Assembly (NCBI GenBank): GCA_050084515.1
Contig: CM114271.1
Location: 46,438,001-46,502,000, forward strand
Source of the DNA: Blasia pusilla
Taxonomy: Eukaryota
Direction: 5' to 3'
DNA length: 64,000 nt
Position 1 is the stretch's first letter. Each line of letters starts with the position of its first letter. The notes below the pieces were generated by a model. That model saw only the letters and a program-made list of their open reading frames with translations. It was not told the DNA's origin and searched no databases. The translations under genes and the position numbers were made by a program. Below, piece after piece: positions 13,301 to 27,300 of this stretch.

Positions 13301-16300
13301 TGATATAATTCCATTCAAAGTCTTCACAAGAAATAAACTTGATATTTCATCCCTGAAAGTCTTTAGTTACGTATATTATGCTCATGTTTCTTCTACAAGG
13401 CGTTAGAGATTACATCCTAAATTTGAGACATGTATCTTCATTGGCTAGGCTGATGAACTGAAGATTATAAGTGCTATATTCTATCCTCTAGGCATCTTAT
13501 TATTAGTTGCAATGTTATTTTTGATGGGTTGAAGTTATTGTATGCTCCATTTGAATCTATTCCACTTCTAAACATATTTGTTAAGGGGGAGAATATGACT
13601 AGAGCAATAGACATTATCTACAACTTCCCCAAGTATTAATGTAGGCTAGGATTAGAAGAGGTCCTAAAATCTTTAGTTAAATCTGTTAATCCATGGTTAG
13701 GTAGAGTACGTATTCAATCTATCGACACTAGTTAGAGCTCAAGTTAGATGTCAAAGATACCCATCTCTGAAAAATAATTGCGTAGGTTAAGTAGAATCAT
13801 ACATCCTATTTATAGATTCATAAATGAAGGATTTCTTGCAATGCATCATGCATGTAAGATGATTTCCCTTCAAGAATAGGAATTGAGTTATTTAAATAAG
13901 TTGTATGTAAGGTTGAATGGGTCAAAGCTACGAGGGAAGAGCTTGCTACATTAAGACATCAATAGACTTAGGGGTTGGTTGATATACCTCTCAACAAGGA
14001 AGTTGTTGGTTGAAGATAGATTTACAAGATCAAGCGTAATGAAGATAGTACAATGAACATATACAAAGCCAAGTTGGTAGCTAAGGGTAATGCATAATAA
14101 TATGACATCGACTACAAAGAGATATTTAGCCGTGTTATAAAGATGGCGACTACGAGAATAGTGGTTGGAATTGCAATGAGTAAGAAGTGGAGACTACATC
14201 ACATGGAATTTAAAAATACTTTCTTAAATGGATATTTGCATGAGGAGGTATACATGGCTCGACCACCTGGATATGAACATCTAGAGTTTCCATTTCACGG
14301 ATATAGATTAAAGAAACTTCTATATGGGCTTAAGCAAGCTCCAAGAGATTGGTATGGCAAGATTATATGAGTCCTACAAGAGTTTGGCTTTAGGATTTGT
14401 GATTTTGATTCTTCGTTACATGTCTAAAGAAGACAAGATTATACGGTTATCATTGTATTATATATTTTTGACATTTTGATTACTTGAAGGATTGAGGATA
14501 TGATACAAGAAATCAGGCTAAAGTTGCTGGAATAATTTATATAAAGGACTTATGAGAACATAAGTACTTTGTTGGTGTTGAGTTTATTCGAGTTGGAGAC
14601 AGCATGTGCTTATTACAAAAATAATATGTTTTTCATATGCTTTCAAAATATGATATAACAACTTGTCAGCCAATCTCTACGTCGTTAGACCAAAGTTTGA
14701 AGATAAAAATGGATGAAGGAGAGTTGCTTACATATTCTAGTATGTACACGTGCATGGTTGTATTTGGAAGTTTGATCTAACTAACTATACCTATATCGCG
14801 ACCCTCACAACCAAACGAATACCAAATAGGCGCCAAGCGGAACATCAGAACTCAAAACCCAAACCTCATTCAAGGGAATGGACTTTGTACGCCACACTTG
14901 AATTCCGACCCGTTATTCATTTGGTGAGTCTCGGTTAGGGACTCATTGGATGTCCATCGGAAAGTTGGAACCGCCAAGCGCAAAATGCCGTTTGAGGTTC
15001 TTGAACCTACCAAAAAGTATGTTCCAAGTCTTTCGAGACTTGCCTATGTTGTAAACCGTGAAACTAGGAAGGTGGAGCTTGATGAGAGACCGAGACAAAA
15101 ACTCGGAAAGTTAGCCCGATGATTGATCCAGACCCGTCTAACCAGAGTGTGTGTTTGGATGTAGATGAGCGCTGAGAGCGTGACCTACTGGACGTACGCT
15201 TCCGCAACAACAAAGATTAACGTTCAAAGAGAATAGGCGCATGACAACCTAGGCCAAACTTGAGCTATATAGTTGCTTGGGGCTTTTTATTTGACAGCCT
15301 TACAGTCATTTGGCATAGTGAGCTAGTTTATCAAAACACTTCAAAAATCTTATCTTGATGTAGTCAGGAGGATTATGCCGTATAGAAAGTTCTCTATTCA
15401 GTTTGGGCTTCAATTTGAACCCTCTCCGAGTTTAAAGTTGCATGGATTCACAAATGTTGATTGGGTTGGAAGCGTGTTTGATAATTACTCTACATGTGGT
15501 TATTCCTACACCTTGGGAAGCGTAGTTAGGCTTCTAAGAAGCAACCTATAGTTGCGTTATCTTCAACATAGGTTAAGTACAAAGGAGCAACTAATATAGT
15601 ATATAAGGCGATAAGATTTCATCGATTACTTATTGAGATTGATGTTAGTAACTTAGAACCTTGTATAATAAATATAAATATACATGTAGATAATATTAGT
15701 AACATTAAGTTTTCTAATTGTCTTGTGTTTCATGTCGAACAAAGCATGTAGAAGTACACTACCACTTTATAAGAAAGAAAGTGCTAATATGAGAAAAGGA
15801 TTTGTGTATGTAGTTGTAGATCAACAAATTGCTTATACCTTCACAAAGGTATTTTCTAGAGATAAGTTTGAGATGTTTAGAAATGATTTATGAGTTAGAG
15901 AATATTGATATGAGCTTAAGGGGAAGTATTGAAGATTCAGTCATGATCAAGCTGATTAGACACACGAACCACTACATTTGGTACTTTCACAAGTAAGAAA
16001 GCTTAATCTTGATTAGTCACTTAAGCATAATTGTCTTGATGAGGATTAGTTAACCATAGTCAATATAACTTGAGACCATGTTTAGGATTAGGGTAAGGGT
16101 TTCTTGTACATATCTATTAGAATGGATAAGGGGACAAGTCCCTACTCATTCCCTCCTTGCAAAAGTTTGTTCTTCATGGTGGTGTATATATGCGAGAACC
16201 GTATTATATCAAAATGTTTGTTTAGCAATTTCCTACATGTGTGAGTTGAGATTTGTATTTATCTATCTGTATAGTGGTGGGAAGATTTGAGTTTTTTATG
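10353..16300 (+). mobile_element. Degenerate Ty1/copia LTR retrotransposon (gag-PR-IN-RT-RNaseH with many stops)
   Basis: gag at 11248 (KLDKENYTHWKFRMKKFL). GAG-pre-integrase and IN at 12667-13500 (WYKKIGHMN, CRFGKQAR, YTP..NQHIVEA). RT at 13900-15400 (YKAKLVAKG, LKKLLYGLKQAPRDWY). RNaseH to about 15900 (TKHVEVHYHFIR). Polypurine tract AAGGGGAAG at 15918-15926. LTR similarity between 10353-10580 and 15927-16130. The right boundary is approximate. Confidence 0.9.
14794..15246. mobile_element. Solo LTR (gypsy-type termini) inserted in the copia RT
   Basis: 5-bp TSD ACCTA at 14789-14793 and 15247-15251. Ends TATCGCGACCC ... GGCGCATGACA (decayed TGTCACGACCC...CGTGACA). Removing it restores the copia RT motif GSLI.LTI-PRPNLSY. 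Confidence 0.8.
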
Positions 16301-17329
16301 TTCATGGTCATGATGGCTCTTACATATGTCCCAAACTAATATGCTTTGATATGATAAACCAATATACTGGAGAAATATGGCTCAAAACTATTAAAAGAGG
16401 ATTTTGCATTAGACAAGCACTTTGAAGCATTTTACTAGTTTAGATTGAAATACAAGCTTTTCCAATTGTGTTTCTTAAGTAATTGAAAAAATTGTATCGA
16501 TCTTATGTCTCATATCTACTTTTGGAATAACTATAAGTCTAGGGTAATTTGGCATTGAAGTGGCATGGAATGTCCAAAATTGAGGAAAGGCTTGGATGAC
16601 CCTTTATCAACGTGGTATGTACATACTAATGTGGCAAAGTATCAAAATTTATCTTTGCACAAAAATATACAACACTTCTCAGGTGCGGAGATTCTCCTTC
16701 TACTTGCTTTTTGTGTGTTTCCTATCTAGTAGACCAAATTGTAGCAAGAGCTCACACCTTGCTAAACCGTACAACCTCATAAGATGATGGGGATACAAAG
16801 GGATTGAGAGAGCCAAGTAGGGAAAGGAAAGTGTAGCTCTCATTTCTTGACTATCACAATCCTTCCCCCTTTGCTTGATAGTTTGCAATGTGTGTAGGTA
16901 TTATCAAAGGCCAAGTTCTGTCTTTCCCACGAGCAAGCATCCAATCCATAATACACACATCATAGTAGACTTTAAACATGATACAACATATGTAAAACTA
17001 CAAAGCATGGACTTTAGACCTCAGAAAGATGATAATTAGCTTACAAGTATTGTTATCTGATTCTTAAGAGTTTGATGACCCTCGATGGGGAGATCTTCTT
17101 AGTTCACCAAATAATGTTGCATGTGAGATGATGTGAAGAGAAATCTCCAATAAAAATGGAGGATTTGGATGAATCCTCTCATAAACTTTGCTCACTAGTG
17201 TTACCAGAAGAAGGAGTGGCAACAAGAAAAGGAGGGTAAAGAATACACTCACACACTCACTGTTACATGAGAATCATGGTCTAGAGATTTCATGTTATGG
17301 TAGTAATTTAGTAATCACGTCTGAATTTA

Positions 17330-18030
17330 GGATTCAAAACCCTTTGAAAGGGCTCTCCTACATATTGGGGGATACTCTCAGCTATGTCACATCGTTTAGG
17401 ATGGATCGACGAGTTTATGATAGATTACTTTTGAGGATATTGTAGGACAATCTTATGAGGACAAAGATGACCTGATGTGGCCACGGGTAAGCTAAGAGAG
17501 TTGGTTTCCCCTTTGTTTTGGCTTATTTGGAGCTATATATAAAAACTTACTATTTTGGGTAAATTAATGTTATGAGTAGAGTTAACTTTCTAATTTGGGA
17601 AGTGATCCTTGACCCCTACAGCAGGTCAAATGCCAAGCTAAGGAGCTGATCTACGAGCATAGGTTACCATGGAGAGAGCTTGGGAGAGAGAAGGGTGCAT
17701 CGCATGCATATACGGTTTTATTTCACATGAAGTGTGAAAGGTGTATCAGATCTCGCTTTGTTGCAACATGTTATGACAACCATTGCTTGGGCAATGCATT
17801 GCACCATCCCGAAGTTTGAAATCCGGGTATACCCAAGGAGAGAGAGTTTTGGATCTCATTATCTCTTTAGAAAACCTCTTCGCAAGAGGCGGCGGAGTTA
17901 TGGTTCTCCTTGCCTTGTGAATAACCCAAGCCTCTTATTAAGAGAGTGGGTTTGGTTTGAAATGAGGGAGAGAGAGATGGATTTGTGAACACATTTTGAG
18001 AGATCTTGATTTACAAAGAGAGATTGAGAA
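17330..18030 (+). repeat. LTR-like dispersed repeat; other copies at about 62200-62430 (+), 63190-63395 (+), 63420-63790 (-) and partly 7230-7330
   Basis: Shared blocks GGTTTCCCCTT.GTTT.GGCT.ATTTG.AGCTAT and AACCTCTT.GCAAGAGGC.GCGGAGTTATGGT.CTCCTTGCCTTGTGA...TCTTGATTTACAAAGAGAG. Confidence 0.75.
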
Positions 18031-18599
18031 CTCTACAATGCAAGAGCTTGATGGTGTCTCATTTTTGTTGCAGGTTGGGATCGTGTTCCTTTTTTAGCAA
18101 CTCATAGGAGTCAAAATGTGTAATGTCGTAGATTGGGAAGTTTTGCACGCTTTTGAAGAAACAATGTGCAATTTGGACATGTGAGCATAAAGTTATGATT
18201 TTTTCTGTGGGTTGCCATAGCCAACTTGTGAAGGACGTAGAAATTTTGATTTTTTTGTAAAATTCTTAGTTGAGAGGTAGAAAAAAAACATTTTATCTTA
18301 GTGGATAGGACAAGGGAAAAAAATATTTGAGGGGTGAAGTCAAGTAAAAACTTTGTTCAGTGGGTGTTGACCCAAGATTTATGGGGCTTAATGGAGTAGT
18401 ATAAGCCAAATGTGAGATAATTTTAGTGAGTTGACCTTTGATTTACGAGGTTAATGGAGTGAAAAAAACAAAAGATATTATGTTTTGAGAAAAGGTTAAA
18501 ATCGAGTCATATTTACCCATAATGACATGATGATTACTATTAACCTTCACCGACCATCTACTGTTCAACCATTGCCATTATTTGACGATCGTGAATTAT

Positions 18600-20345
18600 C
18601 GCTCATCACTACTTGGTTTTCATCAACAAATTTGAGTTTCAAGGTATCATCTGCCATGCATAGTGATTAGTTTCTGTTCGAAAACGATCAGATACCGTGT
18701 CGTGGCACTCGTAGTCCGCAACGCGTTGCTGATTGCCGGGCCGTGCCGCTCGTGGCCGCACCGCACCGTCTTCATCGTAGAGTTAGACTAGCATTGAGGA
18801 TACGACACATATTATTGATAGAGGAGGGGATGCCATTTCGTATTGCATGCCATCATATGGTGCCATTTGGTGGCGTGAATGCCGCATCACATATTAAGGA
18901 GGTATGAGTATCGTGAGCATCGAGGGAGTACTTGCTGACTAGAGGAGTTATCTTTACAATTGAGTTGGGATCTTGGTTTGCATTTACTGAAGAGCAATAT
19001 TAACTTATTTCAGGTTATCCATTCTAGTCTTTTTCCCTACACGAACGAGGGAATTGCGGATATTGGATAATTATTTGGGATATTTAGAGCATCATTGATG
19101 TATGTGGTTAGGGGATATAGACATGTGTGGGATTTTCAGAGTTGTGGGTATGTTTTGTCGATGAGACGATAGAAAAATAGTTGATTTGCCGCATCACGCC
19201 ACTTGTTGCCACAGTGTACACGTCTCAGAGGGTGGGAGTGTAGATTGAGTGCCGCATGTTTAGGTTGAGTGATTGAGGAATTACTTGCGGGAATTGGGTT
19301 TTGATTTCTTTGATTATGACTTCAAGGTTTCTCTAAGGATATGTACCTATCTTGATGGATAATGTGGCCCAAATAGACAAGGGGGAACTATTATTCCAAT
19401 AACTCCCATTTTCTTGGGTTATTCTTCCACTACACAAGAAATTCTAACCTTCTTTAATCAATTTGTTGACTTCAAGAGTGTATTTTCAAGAATTCAAAAA
19501 AAATTAAAATTCCATGTTTTTTCCCTCTAATAACCTTTGAAAATCATCTGTTCATGTGCGGGTATAGAAGTGGGAGCATGACTATTGATAATTCTCTTAT
19601 CATTCCATGAAGTATATTCTCATCAATTTTGCAATTATTTGTTGGACTTCTTCGTCCTTCTCTTTTAGATGTGCCTAATTGTATATGTCAGGATCTTATT
19701 GATGCAAAGGATATCCACATTCTTTGATATGAATATAGTGGAGAACAAACAAAAATCCATGATGTGATTAGAGAGAAAATAGTATTAGAGCTCATATTGC
19801 AAGGTACACCGTTAAGCAAGAGCATCTACATGTCATACTTCCTATTACACGAGGAACCTATTGCTGACAAGTTGACCTTGTTGTGTCTTGAGGTGGCTTT
19901 TTTCTATGGGTGATGTGATGGTTATTTATCCATCATGTTTCGACGTGGTACGTACGACTACATATACTACAAGTTCCCTGCTCCACGCAACAACACGAGT
20001 TGAAAAGTTAACTCATGTAGTGAGATATGCAAACAATGAATTTATTCCTTTCGTAGTGGAACTTTTCGGACACTCACACGTGTATTTTGATTCTTTCATG
20101 AAAACATGTGCTTATTATTCTTTCGGGAATTATCAACTTGCCTAGTAAAAAAGGGTTTATTGTCACTACCTATCTCAAACAATACATTCGATGACATTTC
20201 AACATGCATAAGTATTGGTGTGGGTATGTGGAGTTCAAATGGTTGGTAGCCACTTATCTCTTCGTCCATTCATGTCTAACCAACCACTAGTGTTCATGTC
20301 CGATCAATTTCAAATCATCGATCAGGTGGCTCATTGAGTTGGTTT
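18600..20345 (+). mobile_element. Second degenerate CRE-like (RLE-type) non-LTR retrotransposon, internally deleted
   Basis: LDVPNCICQDLIDAKDIH...IHDVIRE, then GDVMVIYP...VEKLTHVVRYANNEFIPFVVELFGHSHVYFDSFMK, matching the K..Y...FIPF.VE.FG motif of RLE domains. Homologous to 1-870. Confidence 0.6.
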
Positions 20346-21342
20346 TTGTGTTGGTTTGTTGTTTTTTTCTTTTTTTGCATTTCTTGCCTCCTCTTTTTTC
20401 GGGATGTTGTTTACTTTCCTTATTTTCTTTCATGGTTTGTTTTTATAATTGTTTGTATTCCAATTTTCTCTCTTGAATTGCTTTGAGCATGACATGTAAC
20501 GTATGTAAGTGGTGCGTAAATAGAAGAGGTAAGCACTAGCCTCGAAGCCATTCCTTACTACCTCCATTGGAATAGCATAGATACCTCCATCAAACAAGAG
20601 GGAGGGCAGATCTCTAACCTTTGGTTCTTAATCAATCCATTCTACAAAGGGAGGATAGTTCCTTAATTTCTAAGCACCTCCATGACCGAACATATTTTGA
20701 TAGGAAAAATTTATTTATTTATTTTGAGCATGATTATTGTTTTTGTCCATAGCACCGCACCCTACACTAGTTTAAAAATGCATGGTAGTTCTACTATGCC
20801 CAAGTGGAACCCTAACAAGATGGTACTTTGTGTCGCAAGAACTACCTTCTAGTCTCCAAAACTGCCAAATGAAGCTGCTTTCCGACTAAGAAGCATGCTA
20901 ATTCGGAACCTAACAAGCGAGTACTTACTACTTAGTGTCCGGAGAACAAGTTTGTATTTCGCTTAAACTACAGCGTGAAGGTATTCCTCTGTTTTGTGTC
21001 ACAAACTTCCGAGGGGATAGTTTCCCAACTGACATGTTTGTCGTGCCGAGTTCAAAAGCGCGCTTTCTTTGCCGATCCATGCCGGTATGTGCGGCCAAAG
21101 CTTGAACCCGTTTGCTGTGCTGGCCCAACGCTGATGGTGTGTTGAGTCCATGCACCACTGCTACTCGCTCGCGCCATGGATGTTTACTCGTCGCATTCTT
21201 CCTGAGTTCTCAACTGCCACAAAGTCAGGCGTCGGCTTTGCCTTTTTCGCTCCGCTATCTCGGCGTTAATTAAGGCGGGCCACTTTGAAGAGCGGCGCAG
21301 CGCAGCGGAGACTGTTATGCGCATGACGAGTTATGCATTACG

Positions 21343-24300
21343 ATGCAGCTACGCTACGTCAATTCCTTGTTGCCGCCGTCTTCGAGTATCGCCAAGGTCA
21401 CTGCCCTCGCCTGGTCTCCGAACTGGTACATGTAACTGTTCTCCTTTCTCATGATGTAATTTTTAGTTTCTGGTTTGTAACAGGTTTAAGAATGCTACTT
21501 TCGCTCTTGCCAAGTAAATCTGAGTAGGTTGGTGTATGCTTTCCGGAGATCCGAATTGTGAATGTACGTCAGAGTGCATGTAGTTCGTGGAACTGGACCA
21601 CTCGCTCTCATTATTGTGCTCGCTACTGTCGAGGTTGTTATGAAATCGTGATGTCTCGAGCTAGAATTAGTGAGTTGAATTTGAAAACAGCAACAAGATT
21701 GGATTCGGATTCTCACGGGGCAGCTGATGGTGACGGACTGCGCTATCTATCTCGGGTTCAACAGTTTTGGTTGACGATTTGAAAAATTCGAGTTACTTAG
21801 TTTCAAGATGACAGTTGCTGCTAGACCTTCATTTGGTTCAACCGTGCAACGAAGAAACCACTGATTTTATGAATTAGCATGGAAATCGTACTAGACTCCG
21901 AGTGGCTGGTAGACGAATCTTACTTAGCCGTCTGAGCAATCAAGAACTCTTACCCTGCTTGTTCCAGCTTGTGTAATCCTTATTGGAGTACCGCGGATAT
22001 GTATGTTTGACGTATGAAAGTAGAAGTCGTGCCAGATCTTTCTCAAAGATTATGAAGGGCGAGAGTTAGGCTGTGTGTAGCATCGGAAGCATAGCTTACC
22101 GTGTGCCACATGGAAGCCTTCGAGTAGAATAATTGATAGAAAAAGTTAAACAAAGTGCGGTAATTTGTGGATCCTCATGAGGCGGATTCACATTTTCAAG
22201 TTTTATTTTGTTCATGAGCAGTTTCTCATTAGTTGTGATGTTTTCGCAGTCGGAGATTGGCTGCAGTAACTTTGAGTCGCATTGTTAGCCTTTTCGACGA
22301 AAATGGAGAACTTAAGGACAAATTTTCCACCAAACGAGCAGATCCGAAGGTCAAGTCAGTTCCTGCATCATTTGGAAAATCCCAGAAGAAATGATCCTCT
22401 GGTGTCGACGCCTCACGCCTCGTGTTTTTCACATTCCGGGTGAATAAGAATCCATAAGCTAAGAGTTACAGTAAAACACGTTTCTCTCTGAGAAGAGTAA
22501 GTTCGAAAGTTATGCGATGCATATGGTGGTTTGCAGGGGTCCAGATTCTACATCGTCACCGGGATGGTTTTCTCTCCAGACAGTACGAGATTGGCAATTG
22601 CTCAAAGCGATGAAGTTATATTTGTCTACAAAATTGGGTATCCGAAAACCCTAACTTGACCTCCTGATTTTATCGAAGATGATCACCTTTTGCCTCAAAC
22701 ATAATATTCACTTCGAAGTAAGCAGATTGCTGAATCCTGGACTGCCCTTTTTGTGTGAACTCGAGACGTCTTTTCTCTCCCAATTGGCCTCGATTTTGAT
22801 GCCTTTTATCCGTCCAATTGTGCTTGAATTAGCCAGTCAAGGTCTGCTAGCGGAACGGGACTTTCTAAACCCCAAAATTAAGAAATCTGCAAACGAAGGT
22901 TTCCAGGCCTGGTTTCTGTAATGCGTTTCTTCATTTCTAAGGTGAAACGAAGGGCCGTCATTACGCAGCGTACTCAGGAAAAAAGCTTGGTCCGAGGACA
23001 CCAGGGAGTGGATCTATAGTATCATGAGTAGCCTGACTGGGAACCGCACCATATCAGAGGTAAGGGGTACAAGCGGGGACTGACGAGACTATTTGCTTGG
23101 GGGTGGACTCAATATATGCAGAACAGAGTGGGGTGACAAGAAAACTATCTGCAATAAGCTACAGCAAATGGCTTCAATCACAAGCTTAATATGGCCCTGT
23201 GTGCATAAGTATGAAATTTTGTTTGGCCTCACCGATGGGAAAGTGAAGGTTTTGAAGTCTTCCCTCATACCTACCACTTGCCTGTAACTCCATTTACGGG
23301 CTGAATTCCTCAGTGCTTCAGCACAAACATAATAGTTTCAAAGTTGCCTTCAGCGGATTTGGGCTTCGCTTCTTGAAGTCCTCAATCCCCCGTGTGTAAT
23401 ATTATCTCCTCTATGCTGTGTATAGTCAAGAACGTCGCCCGTAGCTAGTCCGGTTGGAAAATGACGTGTGGTTCATCTTATCAAGCATGTACCCTCAATT
23501 CACTGCTCAACTTCATGTATTGTGACCCGTCAGCAACATACTGGACTGGAAACAGGTTGGGCAGCTCCGTTCTAACCGGACAGCCACTGCTTATACACAT
23601 GGAGCAGGGAGTGCTGTGGTCAGCCTTGCCTCTAGCCCTGCTGGATCAGATTGTCTTGCAGGCCACTTGGATGGTTCAATTTACAGGTGGTCACAAATCC
23701 CAATTGAACTGTAAGAACGAGTGATGTCCCATGTCCAATGAATGGAAAGGATAGGCAGTGATGGGAAACTCTAGTATGAAGTGTTAAATAGATCTCTCTT
23801 CATGATGAAGCCTACTGAAGGGAGGCTGTGCGCTAGCATGAAATACTCGACTTTCAATGGATTACAGTATGGGACGAAATGGGAAGTGAGCCCGTCACAT
23901 GCATAGGCACAGAAGAGCACCATGAAATATACTGATCATGAAGAGACATACGCTATGTCCACATGGGTACATGTCAATGCCCTTAACATCGTGTCTACGA
24001 TAGACATTCATATAAGACATTGGCCAGAAGGACTGCACATGAATTGGTTGATGTCCAAGTCCAGTAAATCTTTGGCCTCTATTGTCTAACCTGCAAACTT
24101 ATAATCTTTGATATACGTCAGTGTAACGTGAAGTATGAATTAAGATAAGAGGTCCTTATTCCGGAAATGAGATAGTTCACACAATTACACTTACGCATAT
24201 CCATCAATATTGTGGCACGCCGCAATCTCTGGAGGCAAAGTCTTGAGGTACTACCCATACATAATCAAGAGCTCATGTGCTCAGCTAGAAATCTGTGTGT

Positions 24301-27300
24301 CGCTCAAGACTGATTCTGTGCTGATTTTGAGGCTCTCAAGGGTAATTCTTGAAAACGGAGCGACAAGCATATCTGCAGTGAAGTTTGCAAACTACGGTGA
24401 GTAGGTGTAGTCAAAAGGCGCTTGCGCTGGCTGTCAAATCTTTTAATCATCCCCATGAACTTTTCTCAATTTGAAAGCTAGTGCTGTTGCCTTCACTCGC
24501 AGAGCAGCGTGCCTAAACTCTTGCGGTAAGCTGTGATGCCGAATCAGCCATGGGGTTTATTTGAAGTCTAGCGCTCCAACCTCGAGTTTGTCACTGTTGT
24601 GTCGTCCTTACATTCCTGCACTTGTGTATCAGTACTCTAGCTTTCGCTTCAGTGTCAATTTACCGAACTAAATTTGACGTAGCAGCGAACTTAGGTCTGG
24701 TATTGCTCGAGGACAGTATCTCGTGAAAGTTAGAGCCTGAACACATTCAGAAACCCTTGTTGAGTTTGCCGTGAACCTGTTCTGTAGCGTCATCCAAATC
24801 TTATTTCACCAGACATACAAATGATGGCAAGCGAGCTCACGTCTTGGTAGCAGGTTTTTGAAACTCGGCAAACTATGTACAGATATTCAAGTGAATGCAA
24901 TTAGGTGTAGGGAATGAGTTTTTCATAACCCTGCCAACAGTCAATGGCATGATTGTTTTCTAAGAAGGTTACCTAAAAATATTTGACAATCAATCTTGCA
25001 GGAGATATACCAACTGCGCTAGCTTGGGGAAAGAGCATAGTTGCAGCTGGTCCTGACTGCAAGGTGCTGCTTTCCTCATCTTCTGTGACACACGAGTGCT
25101 TTCTCATTGGTCAGAAAGAAATTACTATAAACACGTACACCGGAATGTGTTGTGTCTATCGTGTTTACACCGAATTTTTTTTCTTAGGAATTAAACCTAG
25201 TTTGTGACTCTACCATTGTCCTGTGCTCTTTGGTTGATTTGCTGAGATGACTCTCGACCCGATGTATCCTATAAAAAGATGTTAGCTTACGATTCTCAAT
25301 GTGTTGTATGTATGGAACTTTCATGGTACCAAGGCGTTCGAAAAATGTTAAACCAGGGCTTGTTTAGTCGTACGGATCCTGGTCACAAAGTTCGTATGTT
25401 CCTTACTGGCGAACTTGTTGAATATCAACCAGGTTATCTTTTATGATATGAATGGAGCGATAACACAAAAATTTGACTACAGCGGTGATCAGGTAACTTG
25501 TTCCATCTGTGCGTCTGTAGGTTTTAGTACTCTTCCCACCGCACCGTGGGCACATTAGTCAGATGACTAAGCATTAAATCAAGCACACTCCTCCACACTT
25601 GAAAGCTACATCGGAAGTCTTGAATGCATGCTTTAGTCTTACAACGTCCTCACTACCCTAGTATTCGTACGAAGATGAATAGCACTGACTACAGCACAGG
25701 GAATAAATTAGGCTGCGCAAGATTTTCTTACAGCTCGATTTAATCCAAGTGGGGAGACGCTTGTTTTCGGGTGCTTCAACGGGTTTCGTATCTTCAGGTC
25801 CACTACTCGTAACTCTGGTTTCTCACTGACGTCCATTCTCATCTTCCCTTGAAAGATACGAAAGTCCTAGTACATCTTCGAAGGGAATGGAGCACTAGGA
25901 TAGATTATTGACCACACCGTTATCATAATGTGTTACTAATGACCCAACTCTTAAGAACTCTCAAATCAATCTTCAGTTATCCTATTGGCCGGGCAGGTGA
26001 CAAAGAGGGTCAGGTGTCTATGTGACAGAAGATCACATAGACATTAATGTGATAGAAGATCACGGTGACACTCATAATAATATACTTTCCGGTGCCCGTG
26101 CCACATGTCAGCACGGGAAGAGCCTAAAATGCACAGGAGGAAGCCCTGCCCGAAACCCAGACTCTTTTAATAGTAGTTGATTAGTTTAGGATTTTCATAA
26201 CAAGTCCGTTCACATCTTGTTTTCCATGCGTAGTGAATCAACTGAACCTGGCTCATGGGAAGACAAGGGAGAGACGCATGTAGAAAATCTTTACAGCATT
26301 TCCGCTTTGGATTGGAAGCCTGATGGGAGGTTCGTCCTCTCTCATCTTTTCCTTGCCATTTGTTGCGCCATATTGTCCCTGCTTCATCTTCCAACGCGTG
26401 GCCTGTTGTAATAGTGTAAATCTATGTCTTCGTATCAGCCAACTTGCCATCGGTGGGTTATGTGGCAATGTGGACATATACGATGCATGCTTACGACAGT
26501 ATCGCTACCAGGGGAAGTTTGAGTTTACGTATATCACAAAGAGCCAGGTACAGAATCTGCTACATCTACACTCCGGGCTGTCTTGGAGAGAACTTGCTGT
26601 AGGGCGAGCTTGAATGGATTAAGTCAGAAAGACTCAAGCTCTTCTTATCCAGAATCATAGACGACAAATATAACATTCAAACTTGTCTCAAGATTTCGAA
26701 TACATATATCCTCCAAGATCACCTTTGGATAATCCCTCCAAGATTTTCTTCAGAAAGTGTCGAAAAAGTTATCCACAATTCCATACAATGATTAATCCAC
26801 AACTTCGTACATTGAGTGACCCACAATTTCATACATTGATAAATTCACAATTGGGATTTTGATTCTGAGTTCAGTAGGATTCTTTTTTTCTCCTTTTCCC
26901 CTTTGTGGTTGGGTTAGATCGCTTCGTTTCTGCTGTAATCACCATTCCTTCTCTCTGAAGGAAGGTAAGAATCTGAGCCATATTTGGAAGCGATGATTTC
27001 ACAAGTGATTCACTTATCTGTAGATTTTCTCTCCATAGATCATTGTAAGACGTCTTTCAACTGGCAACCGAACTGTACTTCGTTCACATCATGGCTGGGA
27101 GATCACACGCATCAACATCTACCATGATCAGGTATTTGTATTGAGTTCGTTGGTGATGACCTATCATTGCATGAATCCTACAATTCAATCTACCGTATCT
27201 AGGAAAGTAGAAATGTCCTCTCCTACTTGCGAACCAGAAACAATGCCTGATGAAACGTTACTAGTAGGTTGGGTAAGGTCTGAAAGTGGGCGGCTTTCAT

